A stretch of 64,000 nucleotides of DNA from assembly GCF_001194135.2 (NCBI RefSeq), contig NC_068981.1:154608098-154672097 (forward strand). Direction: 5' to 3'. This DNA is from Octopus bimaculoides. Taxonomy: Eukaryota. The first letter of the stretch is position 1; each line of letters opens with the position of its first letter. The notes beneath the pieces are model-generated. The model ran no database searches and was not told the origin of the DNA. It saw nothing but the letters and a program-made list of their open reading frames with translations. Position numbers and translations under genes: made by a program. Below, piece by piece: positions 41,048 to 53,315 of the stretch.

Positions 41048-43039
41048 TATTACTATCTGATCCAAATACAATAAAAATAGTGTTATGTAACTAGTGTTTT
41101 TGTCTAAAAGTATTTCCACTTTCTGTCATGTCACATCCAAAGAAACAAAAATCTGTGATAATACGAAGTCGAGTTTTTGAGACAGTAGTATGTACAACTG
41201 TGAAGTTCAGGTCACCAAACATACATTAGTTTGGTTTTAATTCATTGATTTTGAGAACCACTTTTACAAATGTGGTTTTAATACTTATGAGGTGTTTGTG
41301 AGCTGCTAAGGTGTTATTGCTGTAGAAGAATAAAGAGCAGAGTCGATTTCTACCTTACTGACAAAATTTAAAGTAAAAAGTATGAAGACACCAGATGAAA
41401 TAACAAAGAATATATAAAGACCAGACTATCAGGACATTCGTGATGATCTTTGATGGCAAAAATAACTTAAATTTTGCATGCTATGTATATTTTAATGTTT
41501 TGAGAAGGGCTCTTCTTCAGAGAGAAAAATGAATTGCCCAAAATGTTAGAATCCACATTTTCCCAATATAATATGAATAGATAACAAAAGATTTAGTTTA
41601 GTTCCCTATTAATTTAAGCAAGAGTGGGAACTCTTTTTCGTACCAGGAGTGAATTGCAAGTGAATTGCAATAAGAACCTGGATTGACATCTGTGCAGAGA
41701 AAAACAAAATTTTAATATTACAAATTCATGAGTATGAATGTGATCATGCTAAGCAGCATTAATTAAAATGCTACAATGCATTAATTCGCAAGACAATTAT
41801 AATACTTTAAATATAATAACACCAAAGATGCCAAAGAGTCTAATGTTTTAAATGTAATGAAACTTCTTACACTACAACTTAATGAAAATGTTAATTCTAC
41901 TCTGAAATACTCAGAGAAATTATTACACTGATAGATAATGCAGTATTTCTTGGTTGTTGGTTTGTAAAATTAGTGAAGTACATAAGTTGTTCTTGATTAA
42001 ATTTGATGCTGTCAAACATTTTCACATTAGTAAATAATAGAAAATAGTGATAAAATTTTCAATGTGTGATATCTCAAAAGTGGGTATTTTCCATTATCTC
42101 CATATGATTTATAACATTCCAATTTAATAGATAAACTATTAAATTTGGATATGAAAGTACTACCTAGTTGTAAATTACCTCAAGTGTAAGGAACCAAGGA
42201 CTTGATCTGGCATTGCACTGAAAAGAATTTTGCATATTCATAGCTTGAGCCCATAGTTATGTAAATTTCAAAGCCTTTTTTAAAATTAATCCAAAAGATT
42301 GAAACAATCTACTCTACACTCTACTGGTAATTCTGATTTCTGTTATATTTTATTTATTTATTTTTAGCATTGGAAAATATACAATACAGTTTGTTTTCAG
42401 ATGATATTAAAACAATTACAGCATGATTCGATGTTCTTAATATTGACATAAACCTTCTTGTAATTTCAAACTTGGATAATTTATTTGGTAAATAATATCC
42501 ATAAAAAAATCCAAGTTATATAACCATTTTTGGTTCTTTAATGCCATACTGGCAATGCCTTTGAAATTCATGAAACGTTTCACTTCATCTTGCAGGTCCT
42601 AACAGCACTAGAAATTATACCCTTTGCTTAATCAGCAAAAATCACAATAATACAAAAATCACCATCCACTTCAATTTCCTTCAACTCTTCTTTAAGACCT
42701 TTGATCTCTGTTGCTGAAATCCATGTCTTTTATTGAATCAATACAATGTCTTATCACTTTCATTGCATTGTTCATTCTTAAAGAATGCGCATAGAAATTT
42801 TATAGGTGAATATGAAACTGATATTCTATTCAAGTTTTAGAATAAAGTTTATGGTTCTCCAGTTCTGTCTAGATTAAAGTTGTCTGTAACTATGCCATTA
42901 AGTTTTTACATTTAATATTTTGGGTAAGTTGCCAGCACCAAAACCACTTTTTCTCTCCAAGTGTTCCTGACATCTACGACATATTTGAGGTCTGCTGTTT
43001 GTAACTAGATATCAAGAGAGGGTTGATCAATGTATGCCA

Positions 43040-43520
43040 TTCTGGGTCATCTGACATGAGAATTTCCATAGCTTGGGACCTACAAAAAGAGTTCATTCAC
43101 TAAGACATCTTTGCTTTGGTAGCAATGACCAGCATATCTCGTACTCTCCTCTCAAATGAGTGATGATATGTTGGGGATATTTTCATAAGGCTCATCTTTT
43201 CTTGGGTGCTGTTTCCATAATTTGTTGAGGAGAGCATGCAATGTATGTGTGTAGATCCCATTAAGCTTATTTTCTATCCTTTTCATCAGAACACATGCTG
43301 ATGAACTGTAAAGAACTGATCCTACTCTGACTATATAGAATTCCCTTTTCATTGCCAGAAGGCAATGCAGACTTCCCAGATTATTCTTAATTTGTCCACT
43401 GTGGAAATCCTTTATTGTCGATTGGATCTCATAAAAAACGTTCTTCACCTTTGCATTGATTTTAAAGCAAGCAAATCTTGTGTTGTAGAATTTACAATTA
43501 TCCCTCAATATATATATAGC
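43040..43520 (-). mobile_element. LINE (RTE-like) 3' fragment
   Basis: GSVLYSSSACVLMKRIENKLNGIYTHTLHALLNKLWKQHPRKDEPYENIP, typical of the post-RT region (LLYG.E.W.L......LDG.YTRMLR..LN..W..HP). Confidence 0.65.
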
Positions 43521-43769
43521 CAACTTTATTGTATATACTGTTTTTGTTGTCTCATGATGTCACAGCTACAGGTAAGAAATAAAATATAAATTTTGATATT
43601 GCTTGTTTCAATGATACTTAGATATTATTAGCATCAGCCATGTCTTTTATGCACACACACACACACACACTTGCCCATAGTATCTGATGAGAGGAATGTG
43701 TCCTACATGCCCATGAACTTTAAGCAATGTGGAACTGAGTCAAACTGTTATTAAAAACTTAAATATATA

Positions 43770-43924
43770 GGCACAGGTGTGGCTGTTTGGTAAGAAGCTT
43801 GCTTCCCAACTACATGGTTCAGGGTTCAGTTACACTGTGTGACACCTTGAGCAAGTGTCTTCTACTATTGCCTTGGGCCACCAACCCTTGTGAGTGGATT
43901 TGGTAGACAGAAACTGAAAGAAGC

Positions 43925-43964
<40 letters not shown>

Positions 43965-44190
43965 TGTATATGCTTGTGTGTGTCTGTGTTTGTTCCCCCA
44001 TCATTACTTGACAACTGATGCTTGTGTATTTACATCCTTGTAACTTAGTGGTTCAGCAAAAGAGAATGATAGGATAAGTACTGGGCATACAAAGAATAAG
44101 TCCTGGGGTCGATTTCTTCAACTAAAACCCTTTAAGGCAGTGCTCCAGCATGGCTGCTGTCAAATAACTGAAACAAGTAAAAGAGTATAT
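43770..44190 (+). mobile_element. SINE family A, variant A1 (tail ...gactgaaacaagtaaaaga). Further A1 copies: 8267-8600, 19385-19890, 22578-22960, 23420-23800 (all -) and 34562-35075 (+)
   Basis: Same head and core as A2 but a different 3' half (gcaaaagaga..gatag.ataagtact...ggggtcgattt...aaggcagtgctccagcatggc). Confidence 0.88.
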
Positions 44191-44319
44191 CTAATTCCTA
44201 CCAAATGTGTCAAGAGCTACTTTATTTCATTTGTTCACTCACACACATGCATGTGTGTGTGTATGTATGTATGTATGTATGTATGTATGTGTGTGTGTGT
44301 GTGTGTGTTTATGTATTTG

Positions 44320-45300
44320 TTTATCAATGCTACCCCTGGAGGTGAAGTTGCATACTTTTTAGGAAAACTTCAGATAAGATGAATTTATGGATTAAAGTAG
44401 TAGAAAGATCATGGACCCCCATAAAATCCCTGATCTGCAGAGCATACCCATTTGAAAGAACCCCCTGTACAGATAGGAGCTGTATAGTGTGTAGAGTAAA
44501 CCCACAGATAAACTGTAAAACTAGGAACATAGTCTATAGCACACGATGTACAGAGGTTCAGTGCAGAAACAGAATGAGGACCTACATTGGAGAGACAGCA
44601 AGTAGCATAGCTGAACTGATAAGTGAACAATGGCAGGAACTGAAGGAGGAGAAAAGCTCATCAGTACTCTACCAACTTGCTCAATTAGAACATAGAGGCT
44701 TGGTTGACAACATAGATGTTAGGATATTGTCGACACATAGAACAGACATGACACTCAGAGAGATTACAAAAGTCATACACATTAGACCGAGCTTCAACCG
44801 AAAATGTGAATGGAGAAATAACACACCACATATTACACTACATCATGCAATCTGACGACTAAAGACAGAATGAAGAAAAATAGATGGCACTGGTACTAAT
44901 AGTGTAGTATACAAACTATTGTACATGCACACAAGACACACATTTACATACTAAAGACAAGAAGAAAGGGACGATAAGAAATAAAATGAAAAATAAAATA
45001 GATAGATAAATAAAAGATACAAGCACAACCAGTGTAAAATGCAAACCCATATACATGCACATAGGACACATACTAACACACGCACACATAAACACATGAG
45101 AAACATACTACAGAAAGATAAAATGGAATAAGTAGGACAAGAGGAGACACATGGGACAGAGAATCACTGATGAGGTCACAAAATGTGTGACAAAAGAACT
45201 TTGACATACGTATAAACTAAAAATAATATGAATAAAAACTAAAATGGAGGTTGAATAAATAGTGTGTGTGATTAATTAGCAAACTGACAAAGACAAAAAC
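44320..45300 (+). mobile_element. Penelope-like element 3' part (Neptune-like Zn finger + GIY-YIG endonuclease) with 3' non-coding region
   Basis: ORF 44379-44855 contains IKVVERS, CTDRSCIVC, CKTRNIVY...C...C and YIGET...EH-like segments. ATPGGEV lies just upstream in another frame. Confidence 0.85.
45161..45204 (+). ncRNA. Degenerate minimal type-I hammerhead ribozyme motif (Penelope-associated)
   Basis: tca-CTGATGA-g-GTCACA-aaatg-TGTGAC-AAAA-gaact-t-tga. Catalytic box 1 is intact and stem II is a perfect 6 bp. GAAA reads AAAA, and only 3 bp of stem I remain (tca/tga). Confidence 0.5.
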
Positions 45301-46544
45301 AAAATGGCCATCCCCAAGTATAACACACACACACACACACACACGCAAACATACACAATAATGTAGCTAAAAAGGGACAGGGGATGGAGTGGTACAGACT
45401 GTAGCCATTTTGATCAAAATTTTTTTATCAAGTATGATATACATATGGTCAGAAACTTCTTCCATGATAAAGTAATATTCTAAAACAATCTGACCTTTTC
45501 TGGAGTTAAAATTTTGTTCAATAGTAACTGTACACTCATTAACAAATTTGTCTTTGATGTGTGGCTTTGCTTTATTTGTAATTAGATCACACTCTTCATA
45601 GCTGTCTTTGTTATGGAAATATTTCATTAATATGTATTTTGAAAACATTTTGCTGATTGCATAAAAATTACTTTAAAAATGTTCTCTCAAACCTTCTGTC
45701 TGTCTCTCTTTTTAATTTTGATTTTTCTAGAGTAAAATACACCAGTGGCTTCTTGCAGTCATCTACTCGTTTATTTACAGGATTTCTGCTAGTTTCTTGC
45801 TCTGCAGAGCTTACTCTTGAGCTACAAAGGTTACTGAATCCTTAGGTGGGAGTTGGGGACTGATTCACAAGGTATCAGTGCTTGTCCACCTTGGTAGGGC
45901 TATGTGATACACATTTAACGGTCTGCTCTTCTGTAAGTGTTGTATACCTTAACCATAGTATCATTTTCTGCCACTTGACCCCTAACTGTGACCTTTGACA
46001 GATGATGTCATCACGAGTCAGAACTAACCTAGGAAAAGTGAAGACTGAGGAGTAATTCCATTCTCCCCAAAACTCCTGAATTTTTAATCTGGAGCCTCAT
46101 TATTGGAGGTAGCTGAAATGCCAAGACTCTTTCAGTTTTTCATATTGTTTAGGCTTAGTCAAGTAGTGACATCCAAGACTTCTTATTATAAACTGTAAAT
46201 AAAAATTTGTTTTCACGAATAAGACACACTTTTATTTGCATTCATGAAAATAATAATGATTATTTGACTTGTTTTTCATCAAAGAACTTTTGCTGACAAC
46301 TCATTTTCTCTAATTAGTACACTTTGATGTTCCTTACAATAGAGATTTAAAGTATTTAATAAAATATGAAAATGTTACTTGTACTTAAAATCACTGCACT
46401 TACTTTGTAATGATGCAATCAACAGCTAACCTAGACAAAAACAGAATCAAAATTCACACTGAATATTTATCATTAATAATAAGCATGACCTTCAAACGTT
46501 GAGCCTCACAGAGGCAATGACAAGACCTGGCAAACCAAGTCAGA

Positions 46545-47110
46545 TCGTTGTCGTGGCTGATGTCAGTGTCACATAACTGACCCATTTAAAAGCACCCTTC
46601 AATCGTTGGGTGATATGCTGTGCTTCTGAAGACCTGTTGAACTGTGTGAAATTGTAGTCATGGCTGATGCCAATGCAGCCTGACTGGCACGTAAAAAACA
46701 CCATTTGAGCATGGCTGATGTCAGTGCCACCTAACTGGCACCTGTGCTAGTGGTATGGAAAAAGCACCATTTGAGTATGATGGATGCCACTGCTGCCTGA
46801 CTGGCACACATGCTGGTGGCACGTAAAAGGCACTATTCGAGTGTGGCCAATGTCACTTCCACCTGACTGGTACCCGTGCCGGTGGCACATAAAAAGCACC
46901 ATTTTAGCATGGCTGATGCCAGTGCCGCCTAACTGGTACCCATGCCAGTGGCATGTAAAAAGCACCATTTGAGTGTGGCCAATGCCAGTGTCACCCGACT
47001 GGCACCCATGCTGGTGGCACGTAAAAAGCACCATTCAAGCATGCCAGTGCTGCCTGACTGGTATGTAAAAAGCACCATTTAAATGTGACCAATGCCAGTG
47101 CTGTCTAACT
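46545..47110 (+). repeat. Tandem array of about 66-bp units inside a family B element
   Basis: About 7-8 diverged units of ggc(t/c)(g/a)atgccagtgccacctgactggcacccatgctggtggcacgtaaaaagcaccatttgag(t/c). Confidence 0.92.
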
Positions 47111-47537
47111 AACTCCTGGAAAAAGGACTGAGATATGTAGTGCATTGCTGTACTCAAGAAGACCCGTCTACCACAGCAGAACTGATATCCAAAAACCAAG
47201 GAGAAAAGCCACATAAAAAGTACCTAGTCCACTTTGTAAAGTGGTTGTCATTAGGAAGAGCAATCAATTATGGAACCTGGTGCAGCCCCTGGCCTTGCCA
47301 GCTCCTGTCAAGCTGTCCAATTCATGCCAGCATGGGAAACAGATGTTAAATGATGATGATGATGATGATGATGATGAAGAATAAGCATGCATGTCGATTA
47401 AGAAGTTTGCTTCCCAACCACATGGTTTCGAGTTCACTTCCATTGCATAGCATCTTGGACAAAAGTTTTCTATTATTACTTAGGGCCAGCAAGAGCCTTG
47501 TGAGTAAATTTGAAAGATGGAGACTGAAAGAAACCTA

Positions 47538-47539
<2 letters not shown>

Positions 47540-47616
<77 letters not shown>

Positions 47617-47652
47617 TGTGTGTGTGTGCGTGTGTGTGTGTGTGTGTGTGTT
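47540..47652. repeat. (GT)n microsatellite; one of many (AC/GT)n, (AT)n and (AG/CT)n tracts (e.g. 2415-2445, 8598-8634, 10586-10637, 19662-19725, 40396-40455, 53123-53221)
   Basis: Read directly from the sequence. Confidence 0.98.
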
Positions 47653-48286
47653 TCTCTTTTTCTTGCCATCATATAAAGGTTGTAAATGGGTATCACTGTT
47701 ATACAATTGATGTCATTAATTTCCAATGAAAACATGTCTGGTCATGGGGAAATATTACCTTGCTTGGAAACCAAAAACATTTGGGCACAGGAAAGGCATC
47801 TGGCCATAGAAAATCTACTTCAATGAATTTCATCTGACCCATGCAAGCATAGAAAAACTAGACATTAAAATGGCAATGATGATGATGACGATGATGATGA
47901 TGAATGCCTAATGAGGCAGACTAAATGCCAGGAAGTGGAGAGGGAGGTTAGGTTGGAGAGGGAAGAATAATACTGAATGCTAATAAAGGTGTGGCTAATA
48001 CATCACTAATTTGTACGTATTCTGCTTCATAATTACTGTCACAAAATGATCATTACAACTAGCAGAAATTTGTTTATGCCTTACGGAATGTTGGAAAAAC
48101 AAATTATATTTAATTACAATTTGAATTTTAAAAATTAAACCGCTTACTTTTTTTTATTTACATATATATAGTCTTTTTTTGTTAGTTTATATGGGTTTTT
48201 AATGAAATTTGCCTGCGGTTAGTTTAAAATTTGAATGTAAGCAAACTTTTATTCACAGCTGATGCTCTTCCCCCAATACTCTAAGG

Positions 48287-48766
48287 CAGTGGTTCTCAAC
48301 CATTTTTTACCTATAGCCTCCTTTGATTACTATTTCATTCGAGTGGACTCCCATAGCCATTCAATGTTTAACTCTTTAGCATTTAAACTGGTCATATTCA
48401 GGCAAAATATTCTGCCTGTTTTATGTTCAAACTGGCCATATCCAGCCTCTCTGGTCTACCCTACAATGTCATCCTAAAAATAAACAATCACATCATTGAA
48501 ATCTCAAAGCCACAAGATAATGCATGATTAATTCAAAACAATGTGAATAAATAAACATTAAATTTGACAGAATAATCTGAATGCTAAAGGGTTAAAGACT
48601 AGCTTTATAGATATTTTTTCAAAATTCCTATTTTGTTTTCCTCACTTCAACATGTGTAGGTTGAAGAATGTAAAATGTTAGAGAAAGAAATCTTGCTGCT
48701 TCTTGTAATAAATACAAGAAACAGTAAGACATTTTCATGGACCCTTACCCCAGATGAGAACCACTG
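48287..48766. mobile_element. hAT (Charlie-type) MITE with 8-bp TSD
   Basis: TIRs cagtggttctca...tgagaaccactg and perfect TSD CTCTAAGG at 48279-48286 and 48767-48774. Confidence 0.92.
48372..48591. mobile_element. piggyBac-type MITE nested in the hAT MITE
   Basis: TTAA on both sides (48368-48371, 48592-48595). Termini are c(t/c)ctttagcatt and aatgctaaaggg. Confidence 0.88.
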
Positions 48767-50149
48767 CTCTAAGGCGTACACTACTTTTTTATTTATAATA
48801 GTTATAATGCAATATGAAGTCAAAAGATTGATAGGACCCTACAACTCTACTTAATGAAAAATAGTTAATAGTGTATTGAATACTGGACATTTATAATTCA
48901 TTTCATTTAGCTAAGATAAAAATAAGGGTAACTTCATCCAAAGTCAAATTTCTTCCATGACACATCAATAAATGACATCAGAAATTTTCTCACTTTACAA
49001 TACAAGTCATATTATCAGAAGTTCAAACAGCTCTGTGTAAATTACTAAGTAGTTCAGAAGTTAACCAGAGTAATAGAGAAGTATATTTTTCTACTTTGTG
49101 TCTATTGTGAAAAGACATAAATATAAAACTTGATAGCACTCCAGCTTTTATTTTTCACATGGGACCTATATTTCAAAAAATTAAGTTAGTAGTTCAGTTA
49201 TATTTAGTGCCTACATGGAAAAATATTAAATTTACAGCCTTCTGTTACAACTTACACAAAATTACAGTAGGCAAAAATAATTTGTTTCAATACAATTTTT
49301 AAGTAGAAAGAGATGATGATTGAAAGTTGGCAATCAATAATGAGTTACTTCTCTGATTTGTTGAGAATTGTAACATAAGATGTGTTTAGTTTAGTGAGGG
49401 AAGAAGAAATGAACAAAAAGAATCTAATGTAAGCTATATATCATGGATTAGAAAAAAAGAACATTGTGCTTCAGTTAGTAAAAATGATGTTGTGGTGATG
49501 GTCAAGAGTTGAATACATACCAAAATTTGTATTGTTCCTTGAAGTAAAACTCATTTATCTGCTTAACTTAACTCCTTCCAACAATTTCTTTGCATATATT
49601 CAAATTTTTACAAGTAACATTTCATGTAAGGCAAAGTTTCATAAAAATAGAAAACCCCTTCAACCACTAGTAGATGCTTAACTATCTCCTGTCTCTATGA
49701 AATCATCATCCTTGGTAATTCCAAAGCTCTGATGGAACTCATACATCTTTCACTAATGTAGGGATGAAATCATTTGTTATTCTGAACTGTCTACATTTAG
49801 TTTGTATTCAAGCCTATCTGTACCCTTGACCAATACAATTCAAACATCCTTGACTTCTTTCTCAATTCCAATATCAATTTTCACCTCGTCATCATTTTTC
49901 TGTCTCTATCAGATCATTTGGCTACTTTCAATCAAGGTAATTCACTTCACAACTTTCTTCTGTACAACAATCTAACAACACACACACACATGCATGTACA
50001 CACACATGTATGCATGCATGCACACACATGTGCGTGCACACACACACACACACAAACTTCTCATACTTCAGTTCAAATAAACAGTCAGAATTGTATCAGT
50101 GACATGCTAACTACATCATGACAGCAAATGTGCTTCGTCTATGACCTAT

Positions 50150-52200
50150 TTGAAATACCCGTATGAATAATTAATACAATTTTCCTAGGCTTTTCTTTTC
50201 ACATCACTCATACAATTAAATCTTATAATCCCAAACCCCAAAATGGCTCAGCTGTAGCTACACAAGAAAAGAACACAATATCTTGAAAAAGTCTATCACC
50301 ATTACAGAACAGGAAGGATTTACTCACCAACATTATGTCTGCAAGACATGTCACAAGAAAATTAATATACCTTTGTGCACTGCTCAAATAGCAAGTTCTT
50401 TTGTTTCTCAAATTGCTGCCAAGTTTTTGTCTGATCTCATAGCAAAATAATTTCCACTAACTTAGTTATATCTTCCCACCCCTCAATCCTTAACCAATGT
50501 CATTCTGTAAGCAGTGTGGCTTTTGCTAAAACCGTTCAAGTATTGTCTGCTTTGCTGCGATAAAACTTTTCCTAAACTCTGCTTTCTCACCCCCACCTGT
50601 TTTACTGCCAAGTATATGCAGTTGTCAAATGTGAAAACTCCAAGTAATCCAACCCCAAAATGGTGACCAGTAAAGACAGTGCCTTTTCCATCATTCTTAA
50701 ACTCTTAGCTCTGTCTCTTTTTATGCAGCTTTTCCTCAATTTGTAGATATATACAATGATGTGTCTCATTTCCAAGAGAAGCACTTTTCTGACACTGTCA
50801 TCTATTGATGTATCATTTTTATTTTCAGTACCTTGAATAAGATGGAAAGAATTACAACAACCAAATCCTTCATTACCTTGAAACACATACACAAACTCTT
50901 TTTCATTGATCCCCATTATTGTTTCAGCAGTTTCAGATTTATAGGAATTTATCTCTTTTTGCCATTCATTGGTGGTATTTTTTCCTTGAAAACTTCAATG
51001 GAAGCAATGTTATTGCCCTTGACATGAGAAAATCCTTTTGGCTATGTCTGACATGAGAAATTAAGTTGTACACTTGAGAGTGCCACCTACTGTTTTGTAT
51101 TTTTAATCCAAAATTTACTTCCAGGCATCAAAATATGCACACACGTCACTCTCTGACTCACATCTTACCAACTCTGGCGCATCCAAGTTTTGGTTATGTC
51201 TCTCTTAATTAAAGATCTGTTTTGATTAAATAAAAGCACATTCCTATGCAAATGAGACCAGCTTCCACTGTTTATCAATCTTCTGTTGATAAGCATCACC
51301 CAAACACAATCTAGACATCTCACCCTAGATATGCACTGCTTCCATGTGAGTTGAAATGTAATCTCCAGTGACAACATTACAACTTAGTATCTACTTTGAT
51401 TACATATGCTAATACAGCAGTTTTGCATGTTTCTTCCATAAATACAAACAACACACAACTAAAACACTCAATGTCATTACAAATCCTAGCCTCACAATAT
51501 TCAATGAGTTCTCATGATGACCTCACATTGCTAATTTTGCAACTCCAAAGCAAGGCTTACTCTTCAGGAACCAGAAAATACTTTGGTTCTGATCAGCTAC
51601 TGACCCTTGAAAAAGCTGAAATAAGATTCATACTGAATTACTACTCAAATATCTGGATAGTACAGCAGCTCCACTACAGCCATTACTGAATGTATTAAAA
51701 AATGCTATTACTAGGGGCTCATTCACTGGTATACTACAACCAGTATATCATATATACACTGTTACAGCTCCCAACTCCATACATTTTGGACAGTCAATAC
51801 TCTTCAGGAGAAGCAAACTGCATACCACTTCCACTCTCACTCATCCAATACATCTGCTTCTTCTCTCAAGTGAACCTTAGAACCCAATATTAAACATGCA
51901 ATGAAAGATGTCTACAAATTTGATTCTTAAATGGGAATCTAACAAAAGATATGATTACACAGAATTTGTTTACTGAATGTTTTTTTTTTAACATTTCTGC
52001 TAAACTGTCAAATTTTACTGTTAGAAGAGTTTTTAACCCAAGGCAGTCCTTGTTTTGGTCATACTTAAAATCTTGATTCATTCCATATGCACATGCCTGT
52101 TGAATGTGTTTTCCATTCCACAAAACACAATTTAACAACCGCAACTTAGAGATCAGGGATTCATTTGTTTGCAAGGCATATTCTCTTTCAAAAAGTCAAC
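50150..52200 (-). mobile_element. Heavily decayed Ty3/Gypsy pol relic (RT, RNase H, integrase order)
   Basis: Scattered minus-strand remnants: CIYDILVV (YxDD-like, about 51740), LGDAYQQKIDKQWKLVSFA (RNase H GLGAVL.Q...WKPVAFA-like, about 51250-51305) and CIKRDRAKS (integrase N-terminal region, about 50700). Many stops; no LTRs seen. Confidence 0.55.
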
Positions 52201-52414
52201 TGATTACAGCCACTGATTATAAATATTGTATCAAAGAATTCTGGTAAAATTACAACACTATGCATCTAATAAAAATATCAAAGTCTTCTAAGAAGTTAAG
52301 CATATATGTCTTGTTATTGTTTAGAAAAAAATTGTGTTAAAATGTACTTAAGAAATTTCATAGAATAGAGATGAAAGAAATTCAGTCAGTAACAACCTTG
52401 TACAAATAGTGCAG

Positions 52415-52760
52415 AAACTGAGATTTGAGGAAGTTGACATAGTTGACATTCAGGATTTATTATTACAAGCTGATAATGAAACCCTCATCTATGAAAAGCT
52501 TAAGGAGTCAACAAAGTTTCATGTATCTTGTTGAGATTGTGAAGAAGAAAATGCTTCACAACTGATTTTAACAGCAGAGATCTTATCTAAAAGCCTTAGT
52601 GAAATAACTTGTGCTTTAGAGTAACTTACAGAAAATGATCCAAATTTTGAACAAAGCATGAAAGTTAAAACATCTGAAACGGCAGGAGAGAATGGGTAAA
52701 GAGAAAAATTAGAGTTTCATAGGTGAATAAGTCAACTATTGATGTTCTTTTTCATAAAAA
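52415..52760 (+). mobile_element. Tigger/pogo transposase C-terminal relic
   Basis: FEEVDIVDIQDLL...LTAEILSKSLSEITCALE*LTENDPNFEQSMKV resembles the acidic Tigger C-terminus ending in DPNxER. Confidence 0.5.
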
Positions 52761-52905
52761 TAAAAATCTAACAGAAATAGTAGTACCATATGTTTTACTG
52801 TTTCATAATTTTTATAACTTACATAAAGTAAAGTAAGTATATATATATATATATCTTTGATTAAATTAGTAATAATTTTGTTCAAAGAAATGTGTGTTTG
52901 TGTGT

Positions 52906-52936
<31 letters not shown>

Positions 52937-53118
52937 CGTGCATGTGAGTGTGTGTAAGTGTAGGTCTACTGTATTTTAAATAAAAAAATTTCTAATAATT
53001 AAAAGAACTTATCTACTTAAAAATTATATTTGACTGTTTTACGTTCATCTGAAAATGAAGTTTCTGATAGTGAGATGAAAAAAAAATGGAACCTAGTTTT
53101 GTTAAGCAAGGTATTAGT

Positions 53119-53156
<38 letters not shown>

Positions 53157-53315
53157 AAGAGAGAGAGAGAGAGGGAGAGAGAGAGAGAGAGAGAGAGTGT
53201 GTGTGTGTGTGTGTGTGTGTGGTGTAAGAGAGAAGGAAGAAGAGAGAAGAAAAGAGTGGAACAGGAGAGAGAGGGAGAAAGAGATTTGTAGACATGCTAA
53301 TTTCTAGTAACTTAC

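Noticed and set aside
43684-43720. Another hammerhead candidate (CTGATGAG; similar at 22386)
   Set aside because: No stem II followed by GAAA, and no stem I or III pairing.
46545-47110. CRISPR-like regular array
   Set aside because: The whole unit repeats with scattered divergence, with no unique spacers and no cas genes. The context is eukaryotic and the array lies inside a retroposon.
50602-50916. TPR-like (NPHP3/kinesin-light-chain-like) protein suggested by EKALSLLVTILG
   Set aside because: The resemblance is short and superficial. Neighbouring frames fit Gypsy RNase H and integrase better.
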